A stretch of DNA of 64,000 nt from Naegleria gruberi (Eukaryota): assembly GCA_000004985.1 (NCBI GenBank), contig GG738860.1; one strand, 5' to 3'. The translations under genes were made by a program, and so were the position numbers. The notes below the pieces were generated by a model. That model worked only from the letters and a program-made list of their open reading frames with translations, did not search any database and was not told the DNA's origin. Position 1 is the first letter of the stretch; every line of letters starts with the position of its first letter. Below, piece by piece: positions 11,297-22,015 of this stretch.

Positions 11297-13741
11297 ATGG
11301 CCAGAACCAAGCAAACAGCGAGAAAATCGACGGGTGGCAAAGCTCCAAGAAAACAATTGGCTTACAAAGCTAGAAAAGCAAACAGACCTTTCCCTTCCCG
11401 TTCGTTGGCAGGTCCTTTTTCTGATGAGGAAAAAGCAATTTTTGTGAATGGTTTGAAAAGAGCCTTCGATGGAAGTGAAGAATCATCAAAATTTGATGTA
11501 AATACCTATGAAGGAGCTTCACAATTAGTCAAATTTTGGATTTTCCAAGATCAAAAAAGAAGAAAATTGAAACCAATGGTAGAGGAAGCTAAATGGAATG
11601 GCAGCTTTGAATTGCTTCACAATCTTCCTATGGATATCAAGTATGAAATTATTGATTTTATTCCAACCTTTTCCTTGAGAGATTTTTACAAAATCAAGTT
11701 AGACGAATTCACTGAACAGATGAAGCTGGCACAAGTTGAAGATATTTCTAAAATTGTATGCAAAGGACTGAATTTGTTTGAAACCTTTACAAAGAGATCT
11801 TTTCAAAATTTGTACTATTCAGATCCTCTCTATAGAAACTATTACAAGAAGAGACTAATTAACAGAGAATATGCATTAAGAATGAAACAAAGGATATTGA
11901 AGTTGGATGAGTTTGATATTACAGATATTGATTATGATATTGGTTCTGTAAAGAAAGACAAACTATTGCACTTCTTTTCGTTGGTTAAGGAGATGAATGA
12001 AATTGACACTGTTGACTTTAATGATGTGGTCATTCACAGAAATATTGAAAAAATCAAGTCATTGGTAAATGGAACCACCACAAAAAGAAATGAAGATGAT
12101 TACGAGTCACCTTGTGAAGAACCAATGGATGATACTGATTCAATTAGTAATGAGCCTAATGTAACTGTATCATTTGATGAAATGGAGCTACTTTCTGAGG
12201 AAGAAATGAAAAAGTTAGAATCAAAATCTATTGCCATACTGCAGGAATCAGAAAGAGGATATTATAATACTCGTAATTACAATAAGTTTAACAAGCAAGA
12301 TAGTAAATCTTTTAGAAAGCAAGCGATGTATTCGTATGCTATACCATTGGAACTAATAGGAACTGGTGCTATTCCACAAGAACAAAATTTTACTCGTGCC
12401 TTTTCTCACGAAGAGATTATGGAAAGGCTTAAGGAGTTTATTGGAATTAATTCATCCATTAAGAAACTTTCTGTCAGAGGTCTAGATGTCGGCTTTACAA
12501 ACACTGCCATGGACATCTGTAAAGGAATAACAGATCTTTCAATACTTTTATGTGAGTACGTGGATTATTTTGAGTGCTTTAAAGAAGTCCTACCAAATCT
12601 CAACAAGCTGACTATTAATGGAGTTTCTTCTCATTACTCAATTAGTTTTATGGAAAGCTTTATGATTGAGGAATATATTCAACCTAACTGTGTTGTTGAT
12701 TTAGGGTTTGCTACAGGCACTGACACATATTTCTCGGATTTTTTAAATCGTTATGTTGAAGATCAAAACGGTAACAAGACTCCATTGAAAATTACCTCAA
12801 AACTACTCTCAACTGAAAACGTAACCGAATATGCCGACTTTTTATTGAGGTTTATAGAAGGAGTATCTTTCGGCCAATTGTTTTCTGATTTTGATATGAA
12901 AAAGAAATTGGTAGATTACTTGGTAATTGAAGTTGGCATTCCAATTGAATGGCTTACGCTTACCACAAGTGGAGATACTATAATTACAGAATACTTAGCT
13001 TATCTTTCAAATGTTTATCAAAATGGGGCAATTAATTGTCCAAGCTCTATTATGTTACGAGCAGGCTTGATTCCAAATAATATAGCCAATGAATTGGTTT
13101 TTTCTAAATATGAATGGGATGTTGTTGAGTTATGTTTAGATTATTTAAAAAAGAGAGATGATATTGATGACTTTGTTTTGACCCTTAGAAATTTGCTCGT
13201 TTTCTATGTGTGTGATAGAAGTGATTCTCCACTCTTTGAACTATATTGTTACATTAAGAAGAATATTCCAGAAAGTCAATTCAAAGAAATTTTAAAGCCT
13301 ATCAAATGTATCATTCCAGAAGGCTACAAAGAAAAGAACAATGAAACCTTGCATACAGTTTCTATTCCCATCATTTGCTTCCCATTCTCAAATTACCAAT
13401 TCGCTAAAGCTATCGTGGATGATATGACAGACGAAGATTTGAAATTTGTTAATGAGCTTGGTGACTCATGTCTGCACATTTATTCTAGACATGACCATAG
13501 TATTTGGAGTAGAATAGTTGAAAGAGTACCAGAGGTAGTCAAACTCAGCAACCCTGAGGGAGTAACACCTTTACATATTCATACTACCAATATCCAGTCA
13601 TACATATTTGTATTAGACTTGTTGACAAGATTTGGTGCTGACCCAAATGCAAAAGATATTGAAGGAAGAAAAGCTATTGGTGAATTTTTTATATTTGAGA
13701 ATGGTATTTTGAAAGTTAACAACAGATCAATGGAATATTAG
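11297..13741 (+). CDS. histone-H3-tail-mimic protein: N-terminal 22 aa identical to the H3 tail, then an F-box-like motif, a long helical region and C-terminal ankyrin repeats
   Basis: ATG at 11297 gives MARTKQTARKSTGGKAPRKQLAYKARKA..., which after Met is ARTKQTARKSTGGKAPRKQLA = H3 residues 1-21. It then diverges completely (NRPFPSRSLAGPFSDEEK...). The 815-aa ORF is uninterrupted. LPMDIKYEIIDFIPTFSLRDFYKI is F-box-like. The C-terminus has GVTPLHIHTTN...LLTRFGADPNAKDIEGRKAIG (ANK). Confidence 0.7.
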   Translation: MARTKQTARKSTGGKAPRKQLAYKARKANRPFPSRSLAGPFSDEEKAIFVNGLKRAFDGSEESSKFDVNTYEGASQLVKFWIFQDQKRRKLKPMVEEAKWNGSFELLHNLPMDIKYEIIDFIPTFSLRDFYKIKLDEFTEQMKLAQVEDISKIVCKGLNLFETFTKRSFQNLYYSDPLYRNYYKKRLINREYALRMKQRILKLDEFDITDIDYDIGSVKKDKLLHFFSLVKEMNEIDTVDFNDVVIHRNIEKIKSLVNGTTTKRNEDDYESPCEEPMDDTDSISNEPNVTVSFDEMELLSEEEMKKLESKSIAILQESERGYYNTRNYNKFNKQDSKSFRKQAMYSYAIPLELIGTGAIPQEQNFTRAFSHEEIMERLKEFIGINSSIKKLSVRGLDVGFTNTAMDICKGITDLSILLCEYVDYFECFKEVLPNLNKLTINGVSSHYSISFMESFMIEEYIQPNCVVDLGFATGTDTYFSDFLNRYVEDQNGNKTPLKITSKLLSTENVTEYADFLLRFIEGVSFGQLFSDFDMKKKLVDYLVIEVGIPIEWLTLTTSGDTIITEYLAYLSNVYQNGAINCPSSIMLRAGLIPNNIANELVFSKYEWDVVELCLDYLKKRDDIDDFVLTLRNLLVFYVCDRSDSPLFELYCYIKKNIPESQFKEILKPIKCIIPEGYKEKNNETLHTVSIPIICFPFSNYQFAKAIVDDMTDEDLKFVNELGDSCLHIYSRHDHSIWSRIVERVPEVVKLSNPEGVTPLHIHTTNIQSYIFVLDLLTRFGADPNAKDIEGRKAIGEFFIFENGILKVNNRSMEY

Positions 13742-13834
13742 TAATTTTTCAACCCAAAAAGAAGCTTCTTATAATAAACTTACCGTAACAATTCTCACGT
13801 TGAATTGGAAAGATTACAAAGTGATAACAATTTA

Positions 13835-16800
13835 TTATACAATAACAGGAGGAAGTCTCTCTCTTGAAATTGGACGAGACAGAGCTCGCTTCTCTGCCTC
13901 ATATTCTTCTATTTTCTCTCTAAGGGATTGAATCTTGTGTCGTTGCATTTCGATTTCCTTCAAAGCTTGTTCTAATGATGTAATACCACCAAGGTCCTTT
14001 AGTTCCAAAGATGATGAAGTTATATCGGTGCTCTTCTTTCCAATCTTGGACTCGAGCTCCTTGTCTTTAAGTTTTTGCTTTAGAGATCTAACTTCCTTTC
14101 TCAGGTCATTAATTTCCTTGATGAGGACAACATTTTCATTCATGATTCTCTTATTATCTGACTTGGAGGTTTCTGTTGCTTTAACAAGCTTCTTCTTGAG
14201 TGATTCGACTGTTTTTTCGAGGTAGGATCTTTGTCTTTCATATTCCTTTTGAATGTCAAAGTCCATTTCTTGAGTAGTAATCTTTTCAGAGACGTAGGTT
14301 TGGTAAAGCTTGGTAACCTCTTCTTTAAGCTCCTTTGGCTCTTGAATTAATTGTGCAACCTTGTAAATATCTGCACGAATTCTCTTCAATAGAGTGTCAT
14401 TATCTTTGACTTTAAAGTTCAGTCTTTGAATTTCCTTGACTCTTCCATCAATCTTGAGTTCGAGATCCTTGATTGAGAGAATTAATCTATCATTCTTCTC
14501 CTTAGCCTTTTCCAATTCTTTTCTCATCTTCTTGGATTGCTTTCTTAAACTGGTAATTTCTTCCTTACTTGGTTTGATTTGTTCTTGGAGAGTTGAAATC
14601 TTGTATTCTAAAACAAATCTGAATTTTTCAAGTTCTTGGTTTTGTCTCTTCAACTTGAAAATTCTCTTTTCCTTGTCAATAATGGTTTCTTCTCTTTCCT
14701 TATTTTCCTCACTCATCTTTTGAATATCCTCTTGATATTGCTTATTGAGATTTTCTGCTCTTTGCTTCTTTTCTTCCAACTTTTCAATAAGTTCTAGTTT
14801 TTGTTTCAAAGTCTTTTGTAAGGCAATAAATCTGTCATTCCACTTGTTAGCTTCACTCTTGGCTTCATTGTAGCTGTCGTTCATCTTTAACAACTTCTTT
14901 TCATACATTTCTTTCAAGATCTTGATTTCCTTATCTTGATCCTCTTCCATTTGATTTTTAATTTCGGAAAATTTCTTGTCCAACTCGACCTTCTCATCTT
15001 GTAATGTAACAATAGATCCATCTTTTCTCTTAATTTCATCTTCATATTCTTCCGTAATATCTGTGAGCTCTCTCATGTGCATTTCCTCCTTATTCTTGGA
15101 ATCATCTAGGATTTGCTTCTTCTCCTTCTCTCTGTCTCTGTTGAGTTCGGAAATTTGTTCAAGAGAATTGTGCAATCTCTCGTTAAAGTCTTGTTCCAGA
15201 GCTTTGATTTTTTCTCTGTGTTTTTCTATCAACTCATCGATTTTCTTCTCGTACTCATCTGTTACACTTTTCTTCTCTTGCAAAATACTTTGAATTTCCT
15301 CTTGTTTCTTTGTAAGTTCAAGATTGAAGCTTTTTGCTTGTTCTCTGAGAGCATTATTGAATTCAATTTCCTTTTTCTTTTGCTCGTATTCATTGTCTGA
15401 CTTTAATTCTGCAACTTTTGCTTGAAGCTCAGCAATTGTGGTATTCTTTTCTTCCCATTCTGCTCCTGAAATCAAAATTTCTTCCGAATATTTTGTTTCC
15501 TTCTTAGTTTTACCTCCATCTCTGTCTCTTATTTCCACAATACCCAGCATACCATCTTCACCTGAACTGAATAAGAAAGAATCATCCCAAGCTTTAGAAA
15601 TTCTTGTCACAGGACCTGAGTGCAAGTATAGTTTGTCTTCTATATACTCCAGATTTGGAAATGAATGCACAGTAATAGCACCAGTCTCTAGACCACCAAA
15701 TATCATCTTTAATCCTTCAGAGTACTCCATACAAACCAATGTATTATCTCCCAAATCATATTCTGTTTGTGGATTACCTTCACTGAAGCCCTTAATCTTG
15801 TTATCTGATCCAGTAACAAAAATACTCTTTCCGTCTGTGGCGACAGATGTGTATCCAACATTCTTATTAGTATGGTGAATGGTTCTCTTCTCAGTTTTTA
15901 CAACATATTCGTACACAGCACCATCCATACCAACACTCAGTACTCTAGTATCATCATCAGTCCATTGAAGAGCTCTGATTTTACCATTGTGGCCCCTGAG
16001 GGCAGATATTAATTGGAGAGTGTAGGTATTGTAAACGTTGATTACGTTACCGTGAGCTGCTGCAAAGTAATGACCACCATTACTGAACTTTACCTCACCA
16101 CAATTTCTTACCAAGAAAGATTTCTGCTCTCTAATATCATCTCCCAAAATATCCATAAATCTCAGTTTATCTTGGAAACCAACAACCAAGTGCAAACCAC
16201 TAGGGTGAATTGCTATTGAGTAGGCCTCGGCTGGGAATTGTTTTACAATATTCAGTGTATTATCCAAGTAGTTCCATACTCTGACAGTCTTATCTGTACT
16301 GCAGGTCGCAATAATTGGCTTTCTAATAGCAGTATCCATTCCCGTTATGGCCTTTGAGTGGAATGGAATTGTGAGATATTCAAATTTAATGTCATCTTCC
16401 TTTTGTAAAATATCAGAACTACTGATATTCAAAGTAAATATTTGAGCTGAACTTGTTGAAAGGACCAAGTTTTCATTTGAAGGACTCAAATTAAAATTGA
16501 GAATTTTGTGATCGAGATAGGTTTCGCTCAGTTCCTTATATTGAGTGCTATTCATAACTCGTAAAGTCTTTGATCTTGAATACATTTCCTTTTCATCGGC
16601 CGATTTTTCAAATATTGAAACAACTCCATTCTCACCTCCACATACAAACCCAGTTCCATAAGGAATGAGTGCTGTTATACTAAGTCCATCTGATGGAGAT
16701 GAGGGTAAAATAAATTTAAATTCATTCTTTTCAACGAAAAATAAATCTCCGTTAGCATTTGAAACAACTAACTTCTCTTCATCTAACCAGGTATGAGACA

Positions 16801-17467
16801 GATAAGGCTCATGATCTCTTTTGCCAATACCGTCTGTCACAACTTTGAGTTTTTCTCTATCATCTAGGGTTAATAATTTAAATACACCATTACCAGTAAC
16901 ACAAATAGTTTTGCTATCTGGACTAATTGAACATTGAAAGACTGGATCTCCATCCACTGAAGATGTACAAATCGTATCAACTATCCTAGTTTTACCTTCC
17001 ATAGACCACAAAACTAAATTATATTCTGGACCTCCTCCTTGGGCTACCAAATATTTACCATCCAATGAGAAAGCCATACAAACAAATTCATGAGATCCAA
17101 CACCTGGATGAGAAATCGTCTTTTTGACTGTGTATGTTGTTGTTTCATAGAGTTTAATAAGAGGTGGGTTTTTTTTGAGGTCAGTGATCTTTACAGTTGA
17201 TGAAAGTGGTTTTGTTTTTTCTGCAACAGCCAAATATTTTCTATTAGGTGCTAGACAAAGAGCTGATATTCCTTCCGTATTATCGGACCCTGTTTTAATC
17301 TTCCTCACTCCATTTGTTTGATGAAAAACTAGGCATCTACCTGAAGGGTAAACGACACATGTATCGTTGACATTATCTCTAATGTACCAGATATTATTTT
17401 TTACCTTTGCATTAAGACCAAACACATTTTTAAGTGAGAGGATGTGGTTTTGAAATGGTTCAGTCAT
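13835..17467 (-). CDS. CFAP57: cilia/flagella-associated protein 57 (WDR65)-like: N-terminal WD40 propellers + C-terminal coiled coil
   Basis: A 1210-aa uninterrupted ORF. The N-terminus LKNVFGLNAKVKNNIWYIRDN..VVYPSGRCLVFHQ...LCLAPNRKYLAVAE parallels the CFAP57 N-terminus (..FGL...NNV.Y.D....IFPSG......SPNRRYLAISE). About 650 aa of WD-like repeats are followed by about 550 aa of E/K-rich heptad coiled coil. Confidence 0.65.
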   Translation of the reverse strand: MTEPFQNHILSLKNVFGLNAKVKNNIWYIRDNVNDTCVVYPSGRCLVFHQTNGVRKIKTGSDNTEGISALCLAPNRKYLAVAEKTKPLSSTVKITDLKKNPPLIKLYETTTYTVKKTISHPGVGSHEFVCMAFSLDGKYLVAQGGGPEYNLVLWSMEGKTRIVDTICTSSVDGDPVFQCSISPDSKTICVTGNGVFKLLTLDDREKLKVVTDGIGKRDHEPYLSHTWLDEEKLVVSNANGDLFFVEKNEFKFILPSSPSDGLSITALIPYGTGFVCGGENGVVSIFEKSADEKEMYSRSKTLRVMNSTQYKELSETYLDHKILNFNLSPSNENLVLSTSSAQIFTLNISSSDILQKEDDIKFEYLTIPFHSKAITGMDTAIRKPIIATCSTDKTVRVWNYLDNTLNIVKQFPAEAYSIAIHPSGLHLVVGFQDKLRFMDILGDDIREQKSFLVRNCGEVKFSNGGHYFAAAHGNVINVYNTYTLQLISALRGHNGKIRALQWTDDDTRVLSVGMDGAVYEYVVKTEKRTIHHTNKNVGYTSVATDGKSIFVTGSDNKIKGFSEGNPQTEYDLGDNTLVCMEYSEGLKMIFGGLETGAITVHSFPNLEYIEDKLYLHSGPVTRISKAWDDSFLFSSGEDGMLGIVEIRDRDGGKTKKETKYSEEILISGAEWEEKNTTIAELQAKVAELKSDNEYEQKKKEIEFNNALREQAKSFNLELTKKQEEIQSILQEKKSVTDEYEKKIDELIEKHREKIKALEQDFNERLHNSLEQISELNRDREKEKKQILDDSKNKEEMHMRELTDITEEYEDEIKRKDGSIVTLQDEKVELDKKFSEIKNQMEEDQDKEIKILKEMYEKKLLKMNDSYNEAKSEANKWNDRFIALQKTLKQKLELIEKLEEKKQRAENLNKQYQEDIQKMSEENKEREETIIDKEKRIFKLKRQNQELEKFRFVLEYKISTLQEQIKPSKEEITSLRKQSKKMRKELEKAKEKNDRLILSIKDLELKIDGRVKEIQRLNFKVKDNDTLLKRIRADIYKVAQLIQEPKELKEEVTKLYQTYVSEKITTQEMDFDIQKEYERQRSYLEKTVESLKKKLVKATETSKSDNKRIMNENVVLIKEINDLRKEVRSLKQKLKDKELESKIGKKSTDITSSSLELKDLGGITSLEQALKEIEMQRHKIQSLREKIEEYEAEKRALSRPISRERLPPVIV

Positions 17468-18049
17468 TTTTTTTGTAGATTATTAGAGAAAAGTTTTGGC
17501 GGGAGTTCTTTAACGGTTGATGGTTTGAGGTTGAAAGATTGTAAGTTGTATCAGTTTCTGATATCACTAAAAAACAAGAAAGTGTTGAATATTACAATGA
17601 AAGTATTTAAATATACTAAAACTGAATATCAAAGTGAACTCGTTACTAACAAAAGTGGTAATGTAGTACCTCAATAGTGATTACAGTTAACTAAGAATTG
17701 GAAATACGTAAACTTGTTTTGATACTTCATCACATTGTTATTATATATAATATAATAAATAGGGATTGAAGTATCGCTCGTTTATGGAAATGTGAAATGG
17801 CACATTTATGTATTTAAACAATGATGCATTCAATTTAGAACGAGCTGCTTGTCAATGCAAATAGAAACCTGAAGCGTTGGTCACTGAATCATCTTCCTTA
17901 TTTCTTGCCAACTCCGTTTTCAGTCTGTTCTGACGCCACCTTCTAAAAGAGCTTGTTAAAAGCAGCTATTCAGGTAGTCACTATTGCAACTTTCAAGAAC
18001 CTTCACCACAGAACTGTGGGCGAAAAAAAACAATATTTAACGTTAAAAA

Positions 18050-20470
18050 ATGGATGCCCGTGTTGCAGTAACGAAAGGTACGTTAAGAGAGAGATGAATT
18101 TAAGAATATTAAGGCCTCTGTTCATACATCATCAATATAATACCATTTTAATATCGGACTTGAATAAATAGATGATTTTGAGTATGGACAAATATTGGGT
18201 GAAGGTGCTTTTGGCCAAGTTCGTTTGTGTGTCCATAAAGCAACAGAACTTCAATACGCAGCTAAAGTATTGAAGAAGGAAAAACTTATTAAGGCCAAAC
18301 AAACGAAATATGTCAAATCAGAGAAGGAAATATTATTGGAGATGGATCATCCTAACATTTCAAAATTGTGTTATACCTTCACTGATGAAAAGAAGTTGTA
18401 CTTTGTGTTGGAACTTATTTCTGGAGGAGAATTATTTGAGTGTATTATAAAGAGCAATGTAGCAAATGATAATAAGGAATTGAAAAAAGTTGCTCAATTT
18501 TACATGGCTCAAATGTTGGAAGCACTGATCTATATTCACAGTCTTAATATTTGTCACAGAGATCTTAAACCCGAAAATCTAATGCTTACAGGATCTGGTA
18601 ATTTAAAATTGGTGGATTTTGGTATTGCAAAGAAAATTGATAGACCAGGTCCGAATACATTCTGGTAAGTTAAAATATGAAAATCTTGAAAATCTTAATT
18701 TCCAATAGTGGTACTGCTGAATATTTGGCGTAAGTTTTCTTATCAACTTGATTATATTGATGATTTCTCAATAGACCCGAAGTTGTCAGTAATAATGAAT
18801 ATGGTATTATGGTAGATTGGTGGTCTTATGGTTGTATTATTTACGAATTATTTTGTGGAAAGAGTCCTTTTTACAGCTCTAGTATGGCTGTAACTTGTCA
18901 AAAGATTGTTGATAGAGACATCTATTGGCCAAAGACAATGCCACCAGATGCCAAGGATTTAATTAATGGACTTCTCACTACAGACCCAGAAAAGAGAATT
19001 GGAGGTCCTGAATTAAGAAAGCATCCATTTTTCAAAGGAATTGATTGGAAGAATTTAAACAAGGCTGACCCACCTCTGGTTCCAGATCTTTTGTTCAATG
19101 ATGAAGATAGAGGTGTTGGTATTAAAATGTCCATGTTTGAACCTAGAGTGGATCAGGAAGACGTCATGATAAATGCTCACGTTTTCAAATCGAGATCAAG
19201 CAGTAAAGGATCAACGCAAGATGCAATCAAGAGAAGCAACTTGCTCAGAAAAATGTACCCTCAATTGTGTGCTCTCCCAGAGAGACCAAGACCAATCAAT
19301 TCAAGAATTATTCAAAACTCTGAAAATGTTCCAAAATCCAATGATAAGGTAGAAGAGGAGGAGGTAGATGATAGGGGTGATACTCAATCGGAATGTACTA
19401 GTGTCAATGAGGTCAGTAAGAAGGTCGTTATGATTCAAAATGCTGTCGGTTTGAAAACTCCTGTTATCAGGATTGCATTTGGAGAAGGTGACAAGATGGC
19501 TTGTAGTAGTAGTTTCCAAGCAAAAACATTTGGAATTGGAATTGACAGTGAATCTAATGTCATTTTCAATGAATATAAGAATTTATCAACTGTATCCACA
19601 TGTAATTACTTGGAATATTCTCCAAATGGTGAAACACTTGCCTTCGACATGCAAAGACATATTGGTTTGTTGGACTTGAAGAATCCAAAGAAAAAACCAA
19701 GACAATTGGTGGGGCATTCCCTTCCAATTACAAAGGTTTCTTGGCATCCAAAGAGCCACATGTTGGCTGCCGGAGGAAGAGATAACCTGGTGTACTTGTG
19801 GAATGTTGACAGCTCCAAACCAAAGCTTGAGGCTCAAATGGATTCACACAAATCATATATTTCAGATCTTCAATTCCATGCAAAAGATCATCTACTTGCC
19901 AGTGGAAGTGGAGATTTCAAAGTTGTATTCTACGACATTCAAAGTCAGAGAATTGTACAAAAGTACAGTTACCATGAAGATGCAATTCTTGGTGTGAGGT
20001 GGAATCCTAAATTCCCTGACATTTTTGTTTCCTGGTCTTTGGATAGAAGACTAATCTTCTCCGACCGCAGAACTTTCAAACCTATTAAGGTTCTAGCTCA
20101 TAATAGACCTGTGATTCATGCTCAATGGTCACCTGATGGATCAATGCTTGCCACCTGCAGCAAAGATTCCATTAGAATTTGGTCCTATCCATCAATTACC
20201 TCCTCTTTCGTCTACACCAATTCTGAAAGTCTTCCTGGTGAACATCTCTCTTTCGAATGTAATAGCAATTATTTGGCAGTATTGAAATGCAGAGATGATA
20301 CCTCTCCTTCAGTCATTGATACCTCTTCCTTTTCTTTTGTTTCTCCAAATCCACATCCTCAAAACTCACACAAACTCCCAATTACTAGTCTGCAATGGAG
20401 TAATAACAGACCATTCCTTGCCACTGGTTCCTATGATAAGTCTGTTATTTTGTGGGGTGTTGATGAATAA
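18050..20470 (+). CDS. AGC-type Ser/Thr protein kinase fused to C-terminal WD40 repeats; 4 exons (18050-18077, 18172-18664, 18709-18729, 18775-20470)
   Basis: Exon 1 is MDARVAVTK|GTACGT. Exon 2 is DDFEYGQILGEGAFGQV...AAKVLKK...HRDLKPENLM...DFGIAKK...NTFC|GTAAGT (44-nt intron). Exon 3 is a 21-nt micro-exon GTAEYLA|GTAAGT (45-nt intron). Exon 4 is PEVVSNNEYGIMVDWWSYGCIIYEL...HPFFKGIDW, then about 330 aa with WD40-like GH...WD repeats (LAAGGRDNLVYLWNV, LASGSGDFKVVFYDI, LATGSYDKSVILWGV). Confidence 0.8.
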
Positions 20471-20587
20471 ATTTTAAATAATTCAGTGACTTGTTGAATG
20501 GTTTCGGAAGAAGATCCTGTGTATTAAGTTTAGACTTATTTTTTCTAATAATTTACAATGAAATATTTAGTTATTCGAATAGATACC

Positions 20588-21676
20588 TTAGAATACACCA
20601 AATTTATATTGAGGAGGTATTGGAATGTCGTAACCCAATTCCTTCGCAGCTCTGATTGGCCAATATGGATCACCCAAATCCTTTCTTCCAATAAATACTA
20701 AATCAGCTTTTCCTTCTGTCAATATTTGATTGGCTTGTACTGGTTCAGTAATTTTACCAACAGCTGCCACAGGCATTACTTGTCTAACCCTTTCTGCATA
20801 TTTCACTTGATACATTGGAAATGCCATGAGAGCTTGGGATAGTAATCTTGATGAATTACCTCCTGATGAACAGTCAATTATATCAACTCCCAAATCTTTC
20901 AAAATTTCAGCTAACCTCACACTATCCTCAATATCCCAACCATCACTCACATACTCATCACATGATATTCTTACAAATAGAGGCATTGTCTCTGGAATGC
21001 AACTTCTTACTCGACTAACAATTTCAGTTAGAATTCTTATACGATTCTCAAAAGAACCACCAAATTTGTCTTTTCTCTTATTAGATGTTGGTGATAAGAA
21101 GGAATTAATCATATAACCATGAGCTGCATGTATCTCAATCACATCAAAACCAGCCAAGACAGCTCTCTTAGCAGCAGCTACAAAGTCTTCAATCAATTCT
21201 TCCACCTCATCTTCAGTCAACTCTCTCGGAACTCTATGTGATTCATCAAATGCAATTGGAGAAGGTCCAACCACTTCCCATCCTCCTTCTTCATCACTTA
21301 ATGCAGTTCTTCCTAGGGCTTCCCACAATGCACGTGTTGAACCTTTTCTCCCAGAATGAGCCAACTGAATACCAATATGTCCACCTTGTTCATGAGCTAA
21401 ATCCGTAATCTGTTTCAACATTTCCACATGTTCGTCCTTGTAAATTCCCAAACAATGAGGAGTAATTCTTCCAATTTCAGAAACAGCAGATGCCTCCACT
21501 ATAAACAAGCCAGCACCACCTACCACTCTACTGCCAATATGTTGCACATGCCACAGATTAGCAAAACCATCCTTGCTAGAATAGGTACACATTGGAGAAA
21601 CTACAATTCTATTCTTCAAAGTCAATCCTCTAATTGTGTAAGGTTGAAATAACATTGGAGTGTCTGAGGAGGGCAT
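20588..21676 (-). CDS. NADH:flavin oxidoreductase, Old Yellow Enzyme family (YqjM-like)
   Basis: MPSSDTPMLFQPYTIRGLTLKNRIVVSPMCTYSS.DG....WH..H.G.R..GGAGL..VEA.AV...GRI ...HSGRKGS... matches the YqjM-type OYE N-terminus. The ORF track extends to 21853, but the OYE-homologous Met is at 21676. Confidence 0.85.
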   Translation of the reverse strand: MPSSDTPMLFQPYTIRGLTLKNRIVVSPMCTYSSKDGFANLWHVQHIGSRVVGGAGLFIVEASAVSEIGRITPHCLGIYKDEHVEMLKQITDLAHEQGGHIGIQLAHSGRKGSTRALWEALGRTALSDEEGGWEVVGPSPIAFDESHRVPRELTEDEVEELIEDFVAAAKRAVLAGFDVIEIHAAHGYMINSFLSPTSNKRKDKFGGSFENRIRILTEIVSRVRSCIPETMPLFVRISCDEYVSDGWDIEDSVRLAEILKDLGVDIIDCSSGGNSSRLLSQALMAFPMYQVKYAERVRQVMPVAAVGKITEPVQANQILTEGKADLVFIGRKDLGDPYWPIRAAKELGYDIPIPPQYKFGVF

Positions 21677-22015
21677 GATTGCCTTTTTGGCTTCTGCCAA
21701 TCCTGTTAGAGCTTGAATAATAACACCAACCCAGTTGACCATGATGACGAAGATGTGAAGAGAATTTTTTCTAATAGTTTTTTCATGCTTGCTGAATATT
21801 TGTTGGACTTGAACAAAAGTGGTGCGAATTAATGCGAAGAACACCCCGTCCAATGAATCCGATCCTTAAATTGACAATTTTGTGCATTCTTCAAGCTCAA
21901 TATTTCGTATTTTGTGTTTTACAAATCCTCAAGATGCTAAACAAAGATAATAATATTTGCATTCACCTCTACTTAATAATATGGTGTTGTTGCGATCCTT
22001 TTTTAATAGAAAAAA

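Noticed and set aside
13935-16219. Plus-strand ORFs of 68-146 aa inside 13835-17467
   Set aside because: They are antisense to the CFAP57-like 1210-aa ORF. They are Ser/Leu/Phe-rich mirror images of its E/K-rich coiled coil and WD region.
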